Below are positions 25,032-35,864 of a DNA stretch of 64,000 nucleotides, one piece after another (within the stretch, counting starts at the first letter, position 1; every line of letters begins with the position of its first letter). The notes beneath the pieces are model-generated. The model was given only the letters and a program-made list of their open reading frames with translations, was not told where the DNA came from and ran no database searches. The translations under genes and the position numbers were made by a program. The DNA lies in the NCBI GenBank assembly GCA_964402695.1, contig CAYODK010000003.1, positions 22,697 through 86,696 of the forward strand, written 5' to 3'. The DNA comes from an uncultured Verrucomicrobiota bacterium. GTDB taxonomy: Bacteria > Verrucomicrobiota > Kiritimatiellia > PWTM01.

Positions 25032-26936
25032 CTACCGGGACGCGGGGGCGGCCAGATCGGCGCGCTGCCAGATGCGAACGTAGTCGATGATGAAGTCGGC
25101 CGGCAGTTGCGCGTCGTCGAGCGGGCTGTTGTCCCAGCCGCCGGTGACCATGTAGAGGATCGGATAGGCGGGTACGCGCGAGACGCGGACGTTGTCCCAC
25201 CGCGCGACAAGCCGGCCGTTGCAGTAGTACGCGGCGGACCCCGGCAGCCACATCAGCCCGCACGTCAGGAAACCCTCGCGGTCGGGCTGGACGTAGATGT
25301 TCGACGTTCCGATCGACTTGTGCTCCTTGCCGTAGCCGTCCCAGTGCATCGCGATGTTGTAGCGGTACGGCCCCCAGCGCGTCAGATGCTCCATGATGTC
25401 GAACTCCATGCCGCCGTCGCCCGTGCCGGCGCGCTTCCACTGCGGATCGGTCACGGGGCCGCGGTCGGGCATCATCCAGAACGCGGGCCAGAGTCCGGGC
25501 GCGGTCGGCAGCTTCATCCGCGCCTCGAAGTAGCCGTAGCGCTGCGCCCAGCGGCCCCACGTGTCGAGGTAGCCGACGGTGTAGGGCGTCGACTTCCTCT
25601 TCGGGTCGTCGTTCTCGGGACCGGTCTTCTTCTCCATGCGCAGCCGCGCCACGCCGCCGCCGACGAGGATGTTGTCCTTCGATAAGTGGCTGCGCTTGTC
25701 CCAGTAGTTCTCCGTGTGGATGTTCCACCGCCCGCGGTCGAGGATGTCGCCGTCGAACTCGTCGCGGAACGTGACCGACCAGTCGCCGTCGGCCGGCGGT
25801 CGCTTCCCGAGCCAGTCCGGCAGGTCGGCGGGCGTCGCCTCGGCGACGATCGATTCGACCCGCACCTCCGCCGCGCCGTCGTGGGCGAAGGCGACGCGCA
25901 CGGTGTCGGCCTTGTCGCTCGCGAAGTCCGTGCCCGTACCGCGCTCGCCGCCGGCGTTCAGGCGCGTCACCTCCGAGGTCGATCCGGTCCAGGCGCGCGC
26001 CGGCGCAAAGGGGACGAGGATCTCGCAGGCGTCGCCCGGCGCCAGCGGCGCGGCGGCGGCCGCGAGGTCCGTGCCATGGTGCCGGTCGCTCGTCGCCTGC
26101 GCGGCCGGCGTGACCTGCGTCGCGCCCGTGTTGCGAAGCGTCACGCGCAGCCCGGTCGCCTGCGTCAGGTCCCAGCGGCCGACGGGTGGGCGCACGAACA
26201 CCTCGTGGTTCGTCCGGCCGGCGGGCAGCGCGACGACGATCGAGTCACGCTCGATCCGCGCCGTCGCGCCGTCGCGCGCCTCGACCTGCTTCGCGGCGTC
26301 GAGCGGCTCGGCGCCGGCGCCGAGGATGCGGCCGGCGGGCGGACGGATCCGCACGTCCTCGGGCTTCACCGGCGGCTTCTCGCCCTTCGGACCCGCCGCG
26401 CGGAGCGACTCGATGCGGAACGAGACCGGCTCCTTCGCCTTCCCGGTGAAGAGAAGCACCTGGGTCACCCTGGAGGGATCGAGCGGGAAGCCGGGCTTCA
26501 GGCCGTACTGGTGCCCGAAGATCGTCGTGACGACGCCCGTCGCGCCGGGGGCGAGGTGGACGCTCTCGCAGTTCCAGGGGTTGTCCTGCCAGGCGCCGTC
26601 ATTGTCGACGCGCAGGCTGACGTCGATCGCCGCGCCGCCGGTGTTGACGATGCGCGCCTCGACGTGGCCGAACGAGGAGAGATCCCACGCGGCGCCCGGC
26701 GGCTTGATTCCGAGGCCGGGCCAGCCGGCGTCGCCCGGGGCGATTCGGACGACCAGCGCGGAGGCGTCCCGCGCGAACGTCACCTGTCCGTCGCTTGGCG
26801 TGCAGCGCGCGGCAAGGTCGTCCGCCGCCGGATCAAGCAGCGCCATGCGGGGTCCTTCAGCCGCGGCCGGAAACGCTGCCACGAGAAGAAGTGCTCCCAA
26901 CCGTGCGCCACGGGGGAAGGCGAAGATCGTGTTCAT
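25032..26936 (-). CDS. glycoside hydrolase family 16 enzyme with N-terminal beta-sandwich/CBM-like domains
   Basis: Signal [28 protein letters not shown]16 catalytic motif E-F-D-I-M-E ([10 protein letters not shown]) with WPAFWMM. The track ORF extension to 28319 is rejected. Confidence 0.8.
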   Translation of the reverse strand: MNTIFAFPRGARLGALLLVAAFPAAAEGPRMALLDPAADDLAARCTPSDGQVTFARDASALVVRIAPGDAGWPGLGIKPPGAAWDLSSFGHVEARIVNTGGAAIDVSLRVDNDGAWQDNPWNCESVHLAPGATGVVTTIFGHQYGLKPGFPLDPSRVTQVLLFTGKAKEPVSFRIESLRAAGPKGEKPPVKPEDVRIRPPAGRILGAGAEPLDAAKQVEARDGATARIERDSIVVALPAGRTNHEVFVRPPVGRWDLTQATGLRVTLRNTGATQVTPAAQATSDRHHGTDLAAAAAPLAPGDACEILVPFAPARAWTGSTSEVTRLNAGGERGTGTDFASDKADTVRVAFAHDGAAEVRVESIVAEATPADLPDWLGKRPPADGDWSVTFRDEFDGDILDRGRWNIHTENYWDKRSHLSKDNILVGGGVARLRMEKKTGPENDDPKRKSTPYTVGYLDTWGRWAQRYGYFEARMKLPTAPGLWPAFWMMPDRGPVTDPQWKRAGTGDGGMEFDIMEHLTRWGPYRYNIAMHWDGYGKEHKSIGTSNIYVQPDREGFLTCGLMWLPGSAAYYCNGRLVARWDNVRVSRVPAYPILYMVTGGWDNSPLDDAQLPADFIIDYVRIWQRADLAAPASR

Positions 26937-27026
26937 CCCGCCAGAAGTACGGGAAGCCGATGCCCGGCGCAAGGCGCTCGTCGCATTGAAGGTGCCTTGC
27001 GACGCGGCCGACGCTATAAACGGGGC

Positions 27027-28415
27027 ATGAAGACTGCTCTCCGTTGGTCGTGCCGCACCGCCGGCGTCCTGGCGTTTGCGATCCAGTCCGTCCCCGCCCA
27101 GAACCCGCCGTACGACGTGTTTCCGCCTGCGGAGCCGCCGGTGTACCGCGTGCGCTACGAAGCCTCGTCGGAGCCGGGCGGACTGGCCTTCCCCGTGAAT
27201 TACACGATCTGGATTCCGCCCGGGGCGAAGACGCTGCGCGGAGTGATCGTCCACCAGCACGGCTGCGGCGAGGGCTCGTGCAAGTCCGGCCTGACCGGCG
27301 CCTACGACCTGCACTGGCGGGCGCTGGCGAAGGCCCATGACTGCGCGCTGCTCGCGCCGGCCTACGAGCAGCCGGAGAAGGCCGAGTGCCAGAAGTGGTG
27401 CGATCCGCGCAACGGGTCGGACGCGGCCTTCCAGCGCGGCCTCGCCGATCTCGGCGCGCGGTCGGGCCATCCCGAACTCGCGACGGTGCCGTGGGCGCTC
27501 TGGGGACACAGCGGCGGCGGGCACTGGGCGGGCGCCATGACGCTGCTGCACCCCGACCGCGTCGCCGCCGCGTGGCTGCGCTCGGGTGTGCCGTTGCTGG
27601 CGGCCAATCCGGACCGGCCGACGATCCGGCCGCACGCGCTGCCCGACGCGCCGCTCGGGGTTCCGGTCATGTGCAACCCCGGCACGAAGGAGGGCGTGAC
27701 CGTCAGGGAGGGCCGCTTCAAGGGCGTCTGGCCCGCCAACGAGGCCTTCTTCGGCGCCGTGCGGTCGCGCGGCGGACTGATCGGCATCGCGATCGATCCG
27801 CTCACCAGCCACGAGTGCGGCAACCAGCGCTACCTCGCGATCCCGTGGCTCGACGCCTGCCTGCGCGCCCGCCTGCCGGAGACGCCCGGCGGCACGCTCC
27901 GCCCGATGCCTTCCACCGCCGCGTGGCTGGCCCCCGTGGGCGGCACGGAGGCCGTGCCCGCCGCGTCGTTCCGGGGCGATCCGCTCAAGGCCGTGTGGCT
28001 GCCGGACGGGGCCGTGGCGCGGAAGTGGATGCAGTACGTGAAGGACACGGCGGTCGCCGACGCCACGCCGCCGCCCGCGCCCGTGAACGTGCGCGTCGCG
28101 GACAACGTCCTCACGTGGGAGGCCGAGGCCGATCCCGAGAGCGGCATCGCGCGGTTCGTCATCGAGCGCGACGGCCAGGCGATCGCGCGCGTGCCGGAGA
28201 AGGACGCGAATCCCTTCGGCCGCCCGGTCTTCCAGGGCCTCCAGTACAGCGACACGCCGGTCCAGCCGCTCGTGCCGATGCGCTACGCCGACACCAACGC
28301 CGCCCCCGGCCGCACGCACGCCTACCGCGTCATCGCCGTCAACACCGCCGGCCTGCAGTCGCCGCCGGCCGGTGCGGACGGGAAGGATGGCAAGCGAATG
28401 GGGGCGGGCGAGTAG
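27027..28415 (+). CDS. alpha/beta-hydrolase esterase with C-terminal fibronectin type III domain
   Basis: Signal [31 protein letters not shown] nucleophile elbow. FN3-like [41 protein letters not shown]...[16 protein letters not shown]. Confidence 0.7.
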   Translation: MKTALRWSCRTAGVLAFAIQSVPAQNPPYDVFPPAEPPVYRVRYEASSEPGGLAFPVNYTIWIPPGAKTLRGVIVHQHGCGEGSCKSGLTGAYDLHWRALAKAHDCALLAPAYEQPEKAECQKWCDPRNGSDAAFQRGLADLGARSGHPELATVPWALWGHSGGGHWAGAMTLLHPDRVAAAWLRSGVPLLAANPDRPTIRPHALPDAPLGVPVMCNPGTKEGVTVREGRFKGVWPANEAFFGAVRSRGGLIGIAIDPLTSHECGNQRYLAIPWLDACLRARLPETPGGTLRPMPSTAAWLAPVGGTEAVPAASFRGDPLKAVWLPDGAVARKWMQYVKDTAVADATPPPAPVNVRVADNVLTWEAEADPESGIARFVIERDGQAIARVPEKDANPFGRPVFQGLQYSDTPVQPLVPMRYADTNAAPGRTHAYRVIAVNTAGLQSPPAGADGKDGKRMGAGE

Positions 28416-28592
28416 AGGGCGGGCGTTGGCGGGGACGGAAACCGAGGGAGCTGGCGTCCGGAATCACATCCTGATGGAGGGGCGAGCTACCGCGAGCCCG
28501 AACGCAGCGCACCCGATGGGGCGCATCTGCGTTTCATTGCATCGAGGACAACGATGCTCGCGCGGGCTTCCCGTTCGGCCGGGCGAGCCGCC

Positions 28593-28631
28593 CGGCCCTA
28601 CCACGGTTTCCATGGGCACGCATGGTAGGGC
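28593..28631. other. Stem-loop: 10-bp perfect inverted repeat ggccctacca / tggtagggcc with 19-nt loop inside a 490-bp intergenic region
   Basis: Read directly. Function unknown. Confidence 0.35.
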
Positions 28632-28817
28632 CGGACCGCCGGGCCGGCCGTTCGATGGATCCCCGAAGCCATGCAGGCTCTGCGAAGCGCCGGCCCGATG
28701 CAGGTCAATGAATCGCCCCTCCCGATGCATCCCCCCGCCGGCCTCGCATAGCTCGGCCCTCCATCCTAGGAAAGGGGACGAGGTCGGGGGACCCGGGAGG
28801 ACGGCGCCGGGCGGGGA

Positions 28818-28868
28818 GTTTCACGTGGTTGGATGTTGGTTGTTGGGTATTGGCTGTTGGATGTTGAT
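28818..28868. repeat. (GTTTCAC)(TTGGNTG)x5 heptamer element ~40 bp upstream of the GH26 start
   Basis: gtttcac gtgg ttggatg ttggttg ttgggta ttggctg ttggatg ttgatc. Confidence 0.7.
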
Positions 28869-28908
28869 CTCTCGTGGCATGCTGTCCGCGACACGCGGGA
28901 GGAGACTG

Positions 28909-30711
28909 ATGAAACGAGCGGCACGGCTTGTTGCAATGGCGGCGGGGCTGGCGGCGGCGGCCGGGGCGGTCGAGCCCGTGGACCGCGACCTCATTCCCGA
29001 GGCGCGGGCGGCGCTTGGCTACCTCGAGTCCGTCTACGGGAAGCAGTCGCTCGGGGCGGTGTCGGGCACCGACAACGCGGGGTTCGTCCAGGAGGTGTCC
29101 GGGCGACTGCCGGCGATCGTCTCGTTCGACCTGTGCGGCTGGAACAGCCCGACGTGGGGCAAGACCTACACGCCGGTGGTCGAGCGCTCGGTCGAGGCGG
29201 CGAAGGAATGGTGGGACCGCGGCGGCATCGTCGCGATGCAGTTCCACTGGAAGCATCCCGCGAAGACCAACGGCTCCGCGTGGGTCGGCAAGCACGGCAA
29301 CAGCCCGCCGAGCGGCCCCTACGACATGGCGAACGTCACGAAGCCCGGCACGCCCGCGCACGGGGCGTTCATGACGGATCTCGCGAGGCACGCCGACTAC
29401 CTGCAGCGGCTCGCCGACGCCCGCGTGCCGGTGCTGTGGCGTCCGTTCCACGAGATCGACGGCGGCTGGTTCTGGTGGACGGATCAGGAGACCCCGGAGA
29501 ACACCGCCGCCGCCTGGCGGATGATGTTCGACTTCCTCGTGAAGGAGCGGAAGCTCCACAACCTGATCTGGGTCTTCAATCCCGGCGTCCACGCGGGCGG
29601 CTACAAGAAGATGCTGCGCGAGACGAAGAAGGAGGCCACGCTCGCCAACGAGATCGCGTTCCGCAAGCGCTACTACCCCGGCGCGGCGTACTGCGACCTC
29701 GCGGGCATCGACATCTACCCGAACAAGGCCGAGGGCTACGGCGATCCCACGGGCGACACGTTCCCGAAGGCGTGGGAGATCATGACGCAGGTCGCGCCGG
29801 GGAAGATGCTCGCGATGTGCGAGTCGTCCGGCGTGATCCATCCCGGTCTCATGGAGAAGAACGGCCCGCGCTGGCTCTACACGCTCCAGTGGTTCCCCGG
29901 CGAGCCCGCCTATGCCCGCGAGGTCTACAACCATGACTTCCTCGTTACCCTCGACGAATTGCCGCCGCTGAACCCCGACGCCCTGCCGTTCGCGCGGCTG
30001 GTCGCGCCGGCGGACGGCGCGGCGCCGCCCGCGGGCGCGGTGGAGCTGAAGGCCGACACCGGCGCGCGGACGGACGGCATCGCGCAGGTCGAGTTCCTCG
30101 CCCTGGCCGGACCGTGGAAGAACGGGTGGATGATGAAGGCCTCGGAGAAGGAGGAGTCCTTCGCCGGCGCGACGTCGGTCGGCGTCGCGAAGGCGGCGCC
30201 GTTCACCGTGTCATGGAAGGCCCCGCCCGCCGGGCTGCACACGGTCGTCGCGCGCATCACGGACCGGAAGGGCCGGTCGACGCTGTCCAACGCGGCGCGG
30301 GTGAGTGCGGGGCTCGACAACCTGGCGCGGCGCGGGACGTTCACCGCCTCGTCGGGGGCCGACGGCGCGGCGAAGGCGGGCGACGGCGACCCCTTCACGT
30401 CGTGGAACGGCGAGAAGAAGGACGACCAGTGGCTGGCGGTCGATCTCGGCGCGGCGAAGACGGTCGGCGCCGTCGCGGTGTCGTGGTGGAAGGCCTACGC
30501 GAAGGCGTGGGAGATCCAGGTCTCCGACGACGGCGCGGCGTGGCGGACGGTCCACGCGGTGCCGAAGAAGAGCGAGTTCCTCGGCAACACCGACGTGGTC
30601 CGGTTCGACCCGGTCCGCGCGCGGCACGTCCGCCTTCTCTGCAAGCAGCGCGCCACCGACTGGGGCGGCTACACGGTCTACGAACTCGGCGTCTACGGGA
30701 GCCTTCCATGA
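28909..30711 (+). CDS. glycoside hydrolase family 26 (mannanase-like) with C-terminal F5/8 type C (CBM32-like) domain
   Basis: Signal MKRAARLVAMAAGLAAAAGAVEP. WRPFHEIDGGWFWW GH26 signature. Discoidin-like FTSWNGEKKDDQWLAVDLGAAKTVGAVAVSWW...GGYTVYELGVYG. Confidence 0.85.
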   Translation: MKRAARLVAMAAGLAAAAGAVEPVDRDLIPEARAALGYLESVYGKQSLGAVSGTDNAGFVQEVSGRLPAIVSFDLCGWNSPTWGKTYTPVVERSVEAAKEWWDRGGIVAMQFHWKHPAKTNGSAWVGKHGNSPPSGPYDMANVTKPGTPAHGAFMTDLARHADYLQRLADARVPVLWRPFHEIDGGWFWWTDQETPENTAAAWRMMFDFLVKERKLHNLIWVFNPGVHAGGYKKMLRETKKEATLANEIAFRKRYYPGAAYCDLAGIDIYPNKAEGYGDPTGDTFPKAWEIMTQVAPGKMLAMCESSGVIHPGLMEKNGPRWLYTLQWFPGEPAYAREVYNHDFLVTLDELPPLNPDALPFARLVAPADGAAPPAGAVELKADTGARTDGIAQVEFLALAGPWKNGWMMKASEKEESFAGATSVGVAKAAPFTVSWKAPPAGLHTVVARITDRKGRSTLSNAARVSAGLDNLARRGTFTASSGADGAAKAGDGDPFTSWNGEKKDDQWLAVDLGAAKTVGAVAVSWWKAYAKAWEIQVSDDGAAWRTVHAVPKKSEFLGNTDVVRFDPVRARHVRLLCKQRATDWGGYTVYELGVYGSLP

Positions 30712-32239
30712 ATCGCGCGACGGCGGGCACGGTGGTCTTCGGACTGGCAGCGGCGCTCGGCTGGGCGACACGGGGGACGGCGGCGGCCGCCCCCGCGGCG
30801 CGGGGGGACCGGGGTGTTGTGGCCGGGGGCCCCCCCCGCCCCGCGCCGGGGGGGACGACCTGCGCCCGGAGCTGGGCTGCTCCGGCGTGAAGGGGATCCA
30901 CTCGCCGGCCATCGACCGGCTCGCCGCACGGGGCACGGTCTTCGAGCGCGCCTACTGCCAGCAGGCGGTCTGCTCGCCGTCGCGCACGAGCCTGCTGACC
31001 GGCTGCCGGCCGGACACGACGCGGGTCTACGACCTCGAGACGCATTTCCGGAAGAACCTGCCGGACGTCGTCACGCTGCCGCAGCATTTCAAGGCCCACG
31101 GCTACTTCACGCGCAGCGTCGGCAAGATCTTCCACGGCGGGCTCGACGACGCGCCGTCGTGGTCCGAACCGCCCGCAAAGGCCGGCCGGCCGATGTACGC
31201 GCTGCCGGTGAACAGGGACCTGGTCGCCCGCAAGGCCGAGGCGGCGAAGGGCCGCGAGTTCAAGACCGCCAGCGCCCGCTACAACGCGATGACCGGTCCG
31301 TCGACCGAATGCGCCGACGTTCCGGACAACGCCTACTCCGACGGCGCGATCGCCGACGCCGCCATCGAGATGCTGCGCGCCGCGAAGGACAGGCCGTTCT
31401 TCCTCGCCGTCGGCTTCCTGAAACCGCACCTGCCCTTCATCGCACCGAAGCGGTACTGGGATCTCTACAGGCGGGACGGGATCGCCACCGCGCCGAACCC
31501 GTTCGCCCCCGACGGCGCGCCGCGCTTCGCGCTGCCCGACTGGGGCGAGATGCGCGCCTACTCGGACATCCCGCGCACCGGTCCGCTGCCGGAGGAGCAG
31601 GCGCGCCTGCTCAAGCACGGCTACTACGCCTGCGTCAGCTACATGGACGCCCAGCTCGGGCGCGTGCTCGACGAACTGGACCGCCTCGGCCTGCGCGAGA
31701 CGACCGTCGTCGTCCTCTGGGGCGACCACGGCTGGAAGCTCGGCGACCACGGCGCGTGGTGCAAGCACACCAACTTCGAGGTCGACACCCGCGCGCCGCT
31801 GATCTGCGCCGCGCCGGGGCGGAAGGGCGCGGGGCGCCCCAGCCGCGCGCTGGTCGAGTTCGTCGACATTTACCCGTCGCTGTGCGAGCTCGCCGGCCTG
31901 CCGCCGCCGCCGCACCTGGAGGGCCTGAGCTTCGCGCCGCTGCTCGACGCGCCCGACCGGCCCTGGAAGCCCGCCGCGTTCAGCCAGTACCCGCGCGGCC
32001 CGGTCATGGGCCACACGATGCGCACCGACCGGTACCGGTTCACGCGCTGGGTCGCGAAGGACGGCACCGAATCCGCCCGCGAGCTCTACGACCACGGGGC
32101 GGATCCGCAGGAGAACCGCAACATCGCCGAGACGCCGGAGAACCGCTCACGGGTCGCGGAGCTCACCGCGCAGATGCAGGCCGGCTGGCAGGCCGCCCGC
32201 GCCGCGGCCGCCGGCGGCGCGAAGGACAACCGGCCCTGA
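30708..32239 (+). pseudogene. sulfatase (iduronate-2-sulfatase-like) with an apparent frameshift between signal peptide and catalytic domain, in G/C homopolymer tracts
   Basis: ATG 30708 overlaps the GH26 stop and encodes MNRATAGTVVFGLAAALGWATRGTAAAAPA... in a frame that stops at 30890. The sulfatase body (DDLRPELGCSGV...CSPSRTSLLTGCRPD) sits in another frame (track ORF 30305..32239) with no start or signal of its own. The junction lies in gggggg / cccccccc / ggggggg runs (~30800-30855). One extra G would give ...APGGDDLRPELGC. Confidence 0.6.
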
Positions 32240-32361
32240 TTCGCGACAGTTTCCTGTCGCCTCATGTCCGTCTTTGCCCTCCGCCGGCTTCCGCGAAAGG
32301 ATCGTGGGTGCGGCACGATTCGTATTGACGGTGCGAATGTTTCGTATTGTACTTACGAATC

Positions 32362-33591
32362 ATGACACGTTATCGCAGGCGGGAGGTGGGGGTATTGCTG
32401 GCGCGGGCGCTGAAGCAGGCGCCGGTGGTGGTGGTCAGCGGGCTGCGCCAGTCGGGGAAGAGCACGCTGCTGCGGCAGGATCCGGCGGTCAGCGCCGGCC
32501 GCGCGTACCGGACTCTCGACGACCTGGACCTGCTCGCCGGCGCGCAGGCGGCGCCGCGTCCGTTCCTGGAGGCGGAGCCGGTGATGGCGCTGGATGAGGT
32601 GCAGCGTCTGCCATCGCTGTTCCTGCCCCTGAAGCAGACCGTCGATGAGGACCGCCGTCCGGGCCGCTTTGTCCTGACGGGCTCGGCCAACCTGCTGCTG
32701 CTCAAGAGCGTGGCGGACAGCCTGGCGGGTCGCGCGGTGTACGCCACGCTGCACCCAATGAACCGGCGCGAGATCCTGGGCCGCATCGACCGTCCCCCGG
32801 CGACGGTCCGGTTCCTGGCCGAAGGACGATGGCCGTCGGTCCGGGACGTGCCCGCGGTGACAGAGTCCGAGATCCTGCGCGGCGGATTCCCGGAAGTGGC
32901 CCTGCATCCGGACCTCGATGCGACGCTGTGGTTCGAGGGCTTCGAGCGGACGTATCTGGAGCGCGATGTGCGGGACCTGCGGCAGGTGGCCGACCTCGTG
33001 AGCTTCCGCCGGCTCCTTCGCCTGACGGCCCTGCGGGTGGGCGGCGTTCTGAACGTCAACGGGCTGGCGCGCGACGCGCAGTTGCCCGAGGCGACGGTGC
33101 GCAATCATCTGAACCTGATGGAGACGCTGATGGTCATCCGCCGGCTGCCGCCCTTCCGCGGCAACCGAAGCGCGCGGCTGATCAAGGCGCCGAAGCTGTA
33201 TCTTGCCGATACGGGGCTGGCCGCCTTCCTGGCCGGTGTGCGGGATATCGGGGCCGGCTCCGCGGAACCCTTGCGGGGCGCGCTGATCGAGAACTATGTT
33301 GTCCAGAACCTGATCGCCGCGATGGAACCGCACCTCGCCGGCGTGCAGTTCCATTACTGGCACGAGCAGGGGCGGCACGAAGTGGATCTAGTGGTCGAAT
33401 ACGGACGGCAGGTGCTGGCGATCGAGATCAAGGCCGGCGGACGCCTGGCGCCGGGGGACACCCGCGGGCTCGAAGCGTTCATGGCTCGCACCCCCGGGTG
33501 CGTGGGCGGGGTCGTCGGCTACCTCGGTCGCGACGTGGTGCCGTTGGGAGCGAAGATCCGGGCCGTTCCGCTGTCGCTGCTGCTTTCCTGA
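32362..33591 (+). CDS. AAA-family ATPase with C-terminal DUF4143-like domain
   Basis: Walker A VVVSGLRQSGKSTLL, LALDEVQ Walker B-like. Alternative start 32347. Preceded by an unusually AT-rich segment with TTCGTA/TACGAA inverted repeats. Confidence 0.75.
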   Translation: MTRYRRREVGVLLARALKQAPVVVVSGLRQSGKSTLLRQDPAVSAGRAYRTLDDLDLLAGAQAAPRPFLEAEPVMALDEVQRLPSLFLPLKQTVDEDRRPGRFVLTGSANLLLLKSVADSLAGRAVYATLHPMNRREILGRIDRPPATVRFLAEGRWPSVRDVPAVTESEILRGGFPEVALHPDLDATLWFEGFERTYLERDVRDLRQVADLVSFRRLLRLTALRVGGVLNVNGLARDAQLPEATVRNHLNLMETLMVIRRLPPFRGNRSARLIKAPKLYLADTGLAAFLAGVRDIGAGSAEPLRGALIENYVVQNLIAAMEPHLAGVQFHYWHEQGRHEVDLVVEYGRQVLAIEIKAGGRLAPGDTRGLEAFMARTPGCVGGVVGYLGRDVVPLGAKIRAVPLSLLLS

Positions 33592-34035
33592 AGTGTCACG
33601 CTCCACTTGAATCGCCGGGACTTCCCGAGCCCCCGCATCGGCATGGGCCGATCCGCTCCTGCCTGTCCGCCGGAGCCTCGGGTTGCGAAGGCGAAAGCGG
33701 ATCCCCGCGGTGCTCGCGGGAGATGAAGATCGCTGCGCTCAACGACGACCGCGCCGTCATCGAGCGCATTCCGCCATCGCCCCGGGCGGCTACGACGGAC
33801 AGGCCTGCGCCACCTCGGCCTGTGGCGTGCCCACCATAGCTTCAGCGAAGGAGGGGGACAGGGCGTGCGCGTCACGCCCGCCACCTGCCCCGCGTGGAAG
33901 AAGAAGGCCAGGCCCCTTGCAGCATCGCAGCCCGGAGGCTGAGCCGTCGGCCGGGGTCCCGCGGGGCCGGCTTCAATTCCTTCCTGCGATCGGTCAGGAT
34001 CCGGCCGCGTGGTGCGTTGCATTCATCGGTGCACG

Positions 34036-34563
34036 ATGGCCCTGTCGCACGAAGAGATCATGCGGAGCCTGTTCGCGGCCCGGTCGAGGCTGTCCGCGGC
34101 GGCGTGGGTCGTCGTGCGCGACGCCCAGGCGGCGGAGGACCTTTTCCAGAACGTCGCGCTGAAGGCCATGACGAAGAACGTCGTGTTCGAGCACGAGGGG
34201 GCGTTGCTTTCGTGGGCCACCGTGTCCATCCGGCGCGAGGCGATCGACTGGATCCGGCGTCGCCGGCCCGAACTGCCCGGCCTCGACCCGGACGTTCTCG
34301 ACCTTCTTGACGCGGACGCGCAGGCTTCCGCCGTCGCCGACTCGGGGCGCGTGGGCGCCCTACGGGATTGCCTTGAAGCGGTGCCCGAACCGGCCCGGCG
34401 CCTTCTCGAACTGCGCTATTTCGACGGCCACACGTGCGGCGAGGTGGCCCGCCGGGCCGGGCTCGGGCTCGACGCCGTCTACCAGCGGCTCTCGCGGCTT
34501 CACCGGCAGCTTCGCGCGTGCATCGAACAGCGGCTCGCCGCCGGGGCGGAGGCGGTTCCATGA
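34036..34563 (+). CDS. ECF-type RNA polymerase sigma factor
   Basis: Region-2-like LFQNVALKAM. Region-4 HTH ELRYFDGHTCGEVARRAGLGLDAVYQRLSRLHRQLR. Stop overlaps the anti-sigma start (ATGA). Confidence 0.8.
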   Translation: MALSHEEIMRSLFAARSRLSAAAWVVVRDAQAAEDLFQNVALKAMTKNVVFEHEGALLSWATVSIRREAIDWIRRRRPELPGLDPDVLDLLDADAQASAVADSGRVGALRDCLEAVPEPARRLLELRYFDGHTCGEVARRAGLGLDAVYQRLSRLHRQLRACIEQRLAAGAEAVP

Positions 34564-35864
34564 CGCCCCGCCGCGACACGTTCGACCTGCTGATGCGCCA
34601 CCTCGACGGGCGGCTCTCGGGCGACGACCTCCGCGCGCTGAACGACCTCCTGCGCACCGACGCGCGGGCGCGGGACTGGCTCCGGGAGATCGCGGGGCAG
34701 GCCGTGGCGATGGGCGACCTGGCGCGGAGCCGCACGGCGGAGCGACCGGCGGCGGTTGCCGGGCCGGCCCGCAGCCCGCGATGGTTCGCCGCTCCTGCCT
34801 GGGCGGCGCTCGCGGTCGCCTCCGTCGGGCTGATGTGGTGGTGGGCCGGCCCGGCGCGGCGGTCGGCCGCGCTCGTTGACGTGTCCGGCTCCGTGCTCTG
34901 GAGCGATGGCGGGACCGGCCCGCAGCCCGTATCGGCCTCCGGCGCCCGGCTGCATTCGGGCACGCTGGAGACCGTGGGGGCGGTGTCCTCGGCGCAGCTC
35001 CGGTTCGACGACGGAACGTGGTTCACGTTGGGCGGCAACTCGGAACTCTCGTTCTCGGCGGTCGGAGCGACGCGCGTGCATCTTCGCGGCGGATCGCTCA
35101 CCGCATGGGTCGCCCGGCAGCCTCCGGGGCGGCCCCTGGTCGTGCGCACGCCGACGGCGGAGGTGGAGGTTCTCGGCACCGAGTTCGCCGTCAACACCGT
35201 GGCCGACCAGACACAGCTCAACGTGGAGACGGGACGGGTCCGGCTGCGAAGACTCGTGGACGGACGCGTCGTCGAGGTCGCGGCGCGGCACGAGGCCGTG
35301 GCGTCGCTCGACGCACAGCAGCCTCTGGTGGCGGTTGCGCCGGCGGTTCCGCCGGGCGAGTGGAACGCCGATCTCGCCTCCGCCCCGACGGGCGGATCGA
35401 AGGGCGAACCGATTGCGGCGACCGGCGCCCGGCCCGCATGCTGGCGCGCCGTGCCCCTGGTCATGGGTCGCCGCGCCGCCGGATCGCCCGTCATCCACCA
35501 CGGGATCAGTGTCCGCGAGACGTCCCGCTCCCCGGCGGGATCGTTCGTATCGCTGTCGTCGGACAGCGAGGTCGTGCTGCGCTGGCGAACGGACCGGCCG
35601 TCGGGCCTCTTTGTCTTCCTGATCACGCAGCGCCCGGGCGGGGGCTTCGGCGGGAACTTCGAAATCAAGACGGCCGCGTTGGCGGGATCGGACGACGGCG
35701 GCGGGTGGCGGCGGGCGGCGCTTCCGCTCCGCGATTTCCGCCCCCTTCATCCCGGCCGGGCGGCTTTCGCGGGCCACGGCGTCTCTGCGGTTCTGGTGAC
35801 GACGTACGGCACGGACGCGGGCCTGGAGGTGGCGGCGGTGCGGATCGGGAGCGCCCGGCCATGA
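34560..35864 (+). CDS. FecR-domain anti-sigma factor, single-pass membrane protein
   Basis: Start at Met43 of track ORF 34434..35864. TM WAALAVASVGLMWWWAG. FecR-like LRFDDGTWFTLGGNSELSF...GRVRL. Confidence 0.8.
   Translation: MTPRRDTFDLLMRHLDGRLSGDDLRALNDLLRTDARARDWLREIAGQAVAMGDLARSRTAERPAAVAGPARSPRWFAAPAWAALAVASVGLMWWWAGPARRSAALVDVSGSVLWSDGGTGPQPVSASGARLHSGTLETVGAVSSAQLRFDDGTWFTLGGNSELSFSAVGATRVHLRGGSLTAWVARQPPGRPLVVRTPTAEVEVLGTEFAVNTVADQTQLNVETGRVRLRRLVDGRVVEVAARHEAVASLDAQQPLVAVAPAVPPGEWNADLASAPTGGSKGEPIAATGARPACWRAVPLVMGRRAAGSPVIHHGISVRETSRSPAGSFVSLSSDSEVVLRWRTDRPSGLFVFLITQRPGGGFGGNFEIKTAALAGSDDGGGWRRAALPLRDFRPLHPGRAAFAGHGVSAVLVTTYGTDAGLEVAAVRIGSARP

Noticed and set aside
30305-30710. Upstream extension of the sulfatase frame (track ORF 30305..32239) as the real N-terminus
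   Set aside because: That region is Arg/Gly-rich with no signal peptide and overlaps the GH26 C-terminus. The coupled ATG at 30708 with a signal peptide in another frame is the better start, which implies a frameshift.
33592-34035. Small ORFs and possible gene in the 440-bp region upstream of the ECF sigma gene (including a 38-aa ORF MKIAALNDDRAVIERIPP...)
   Set aside because: No convincing start or RBS context, and no conservation evidence available. More likely a promoter or leader region of the sigma operon. I could not confidently assign an ECF -35/-10.
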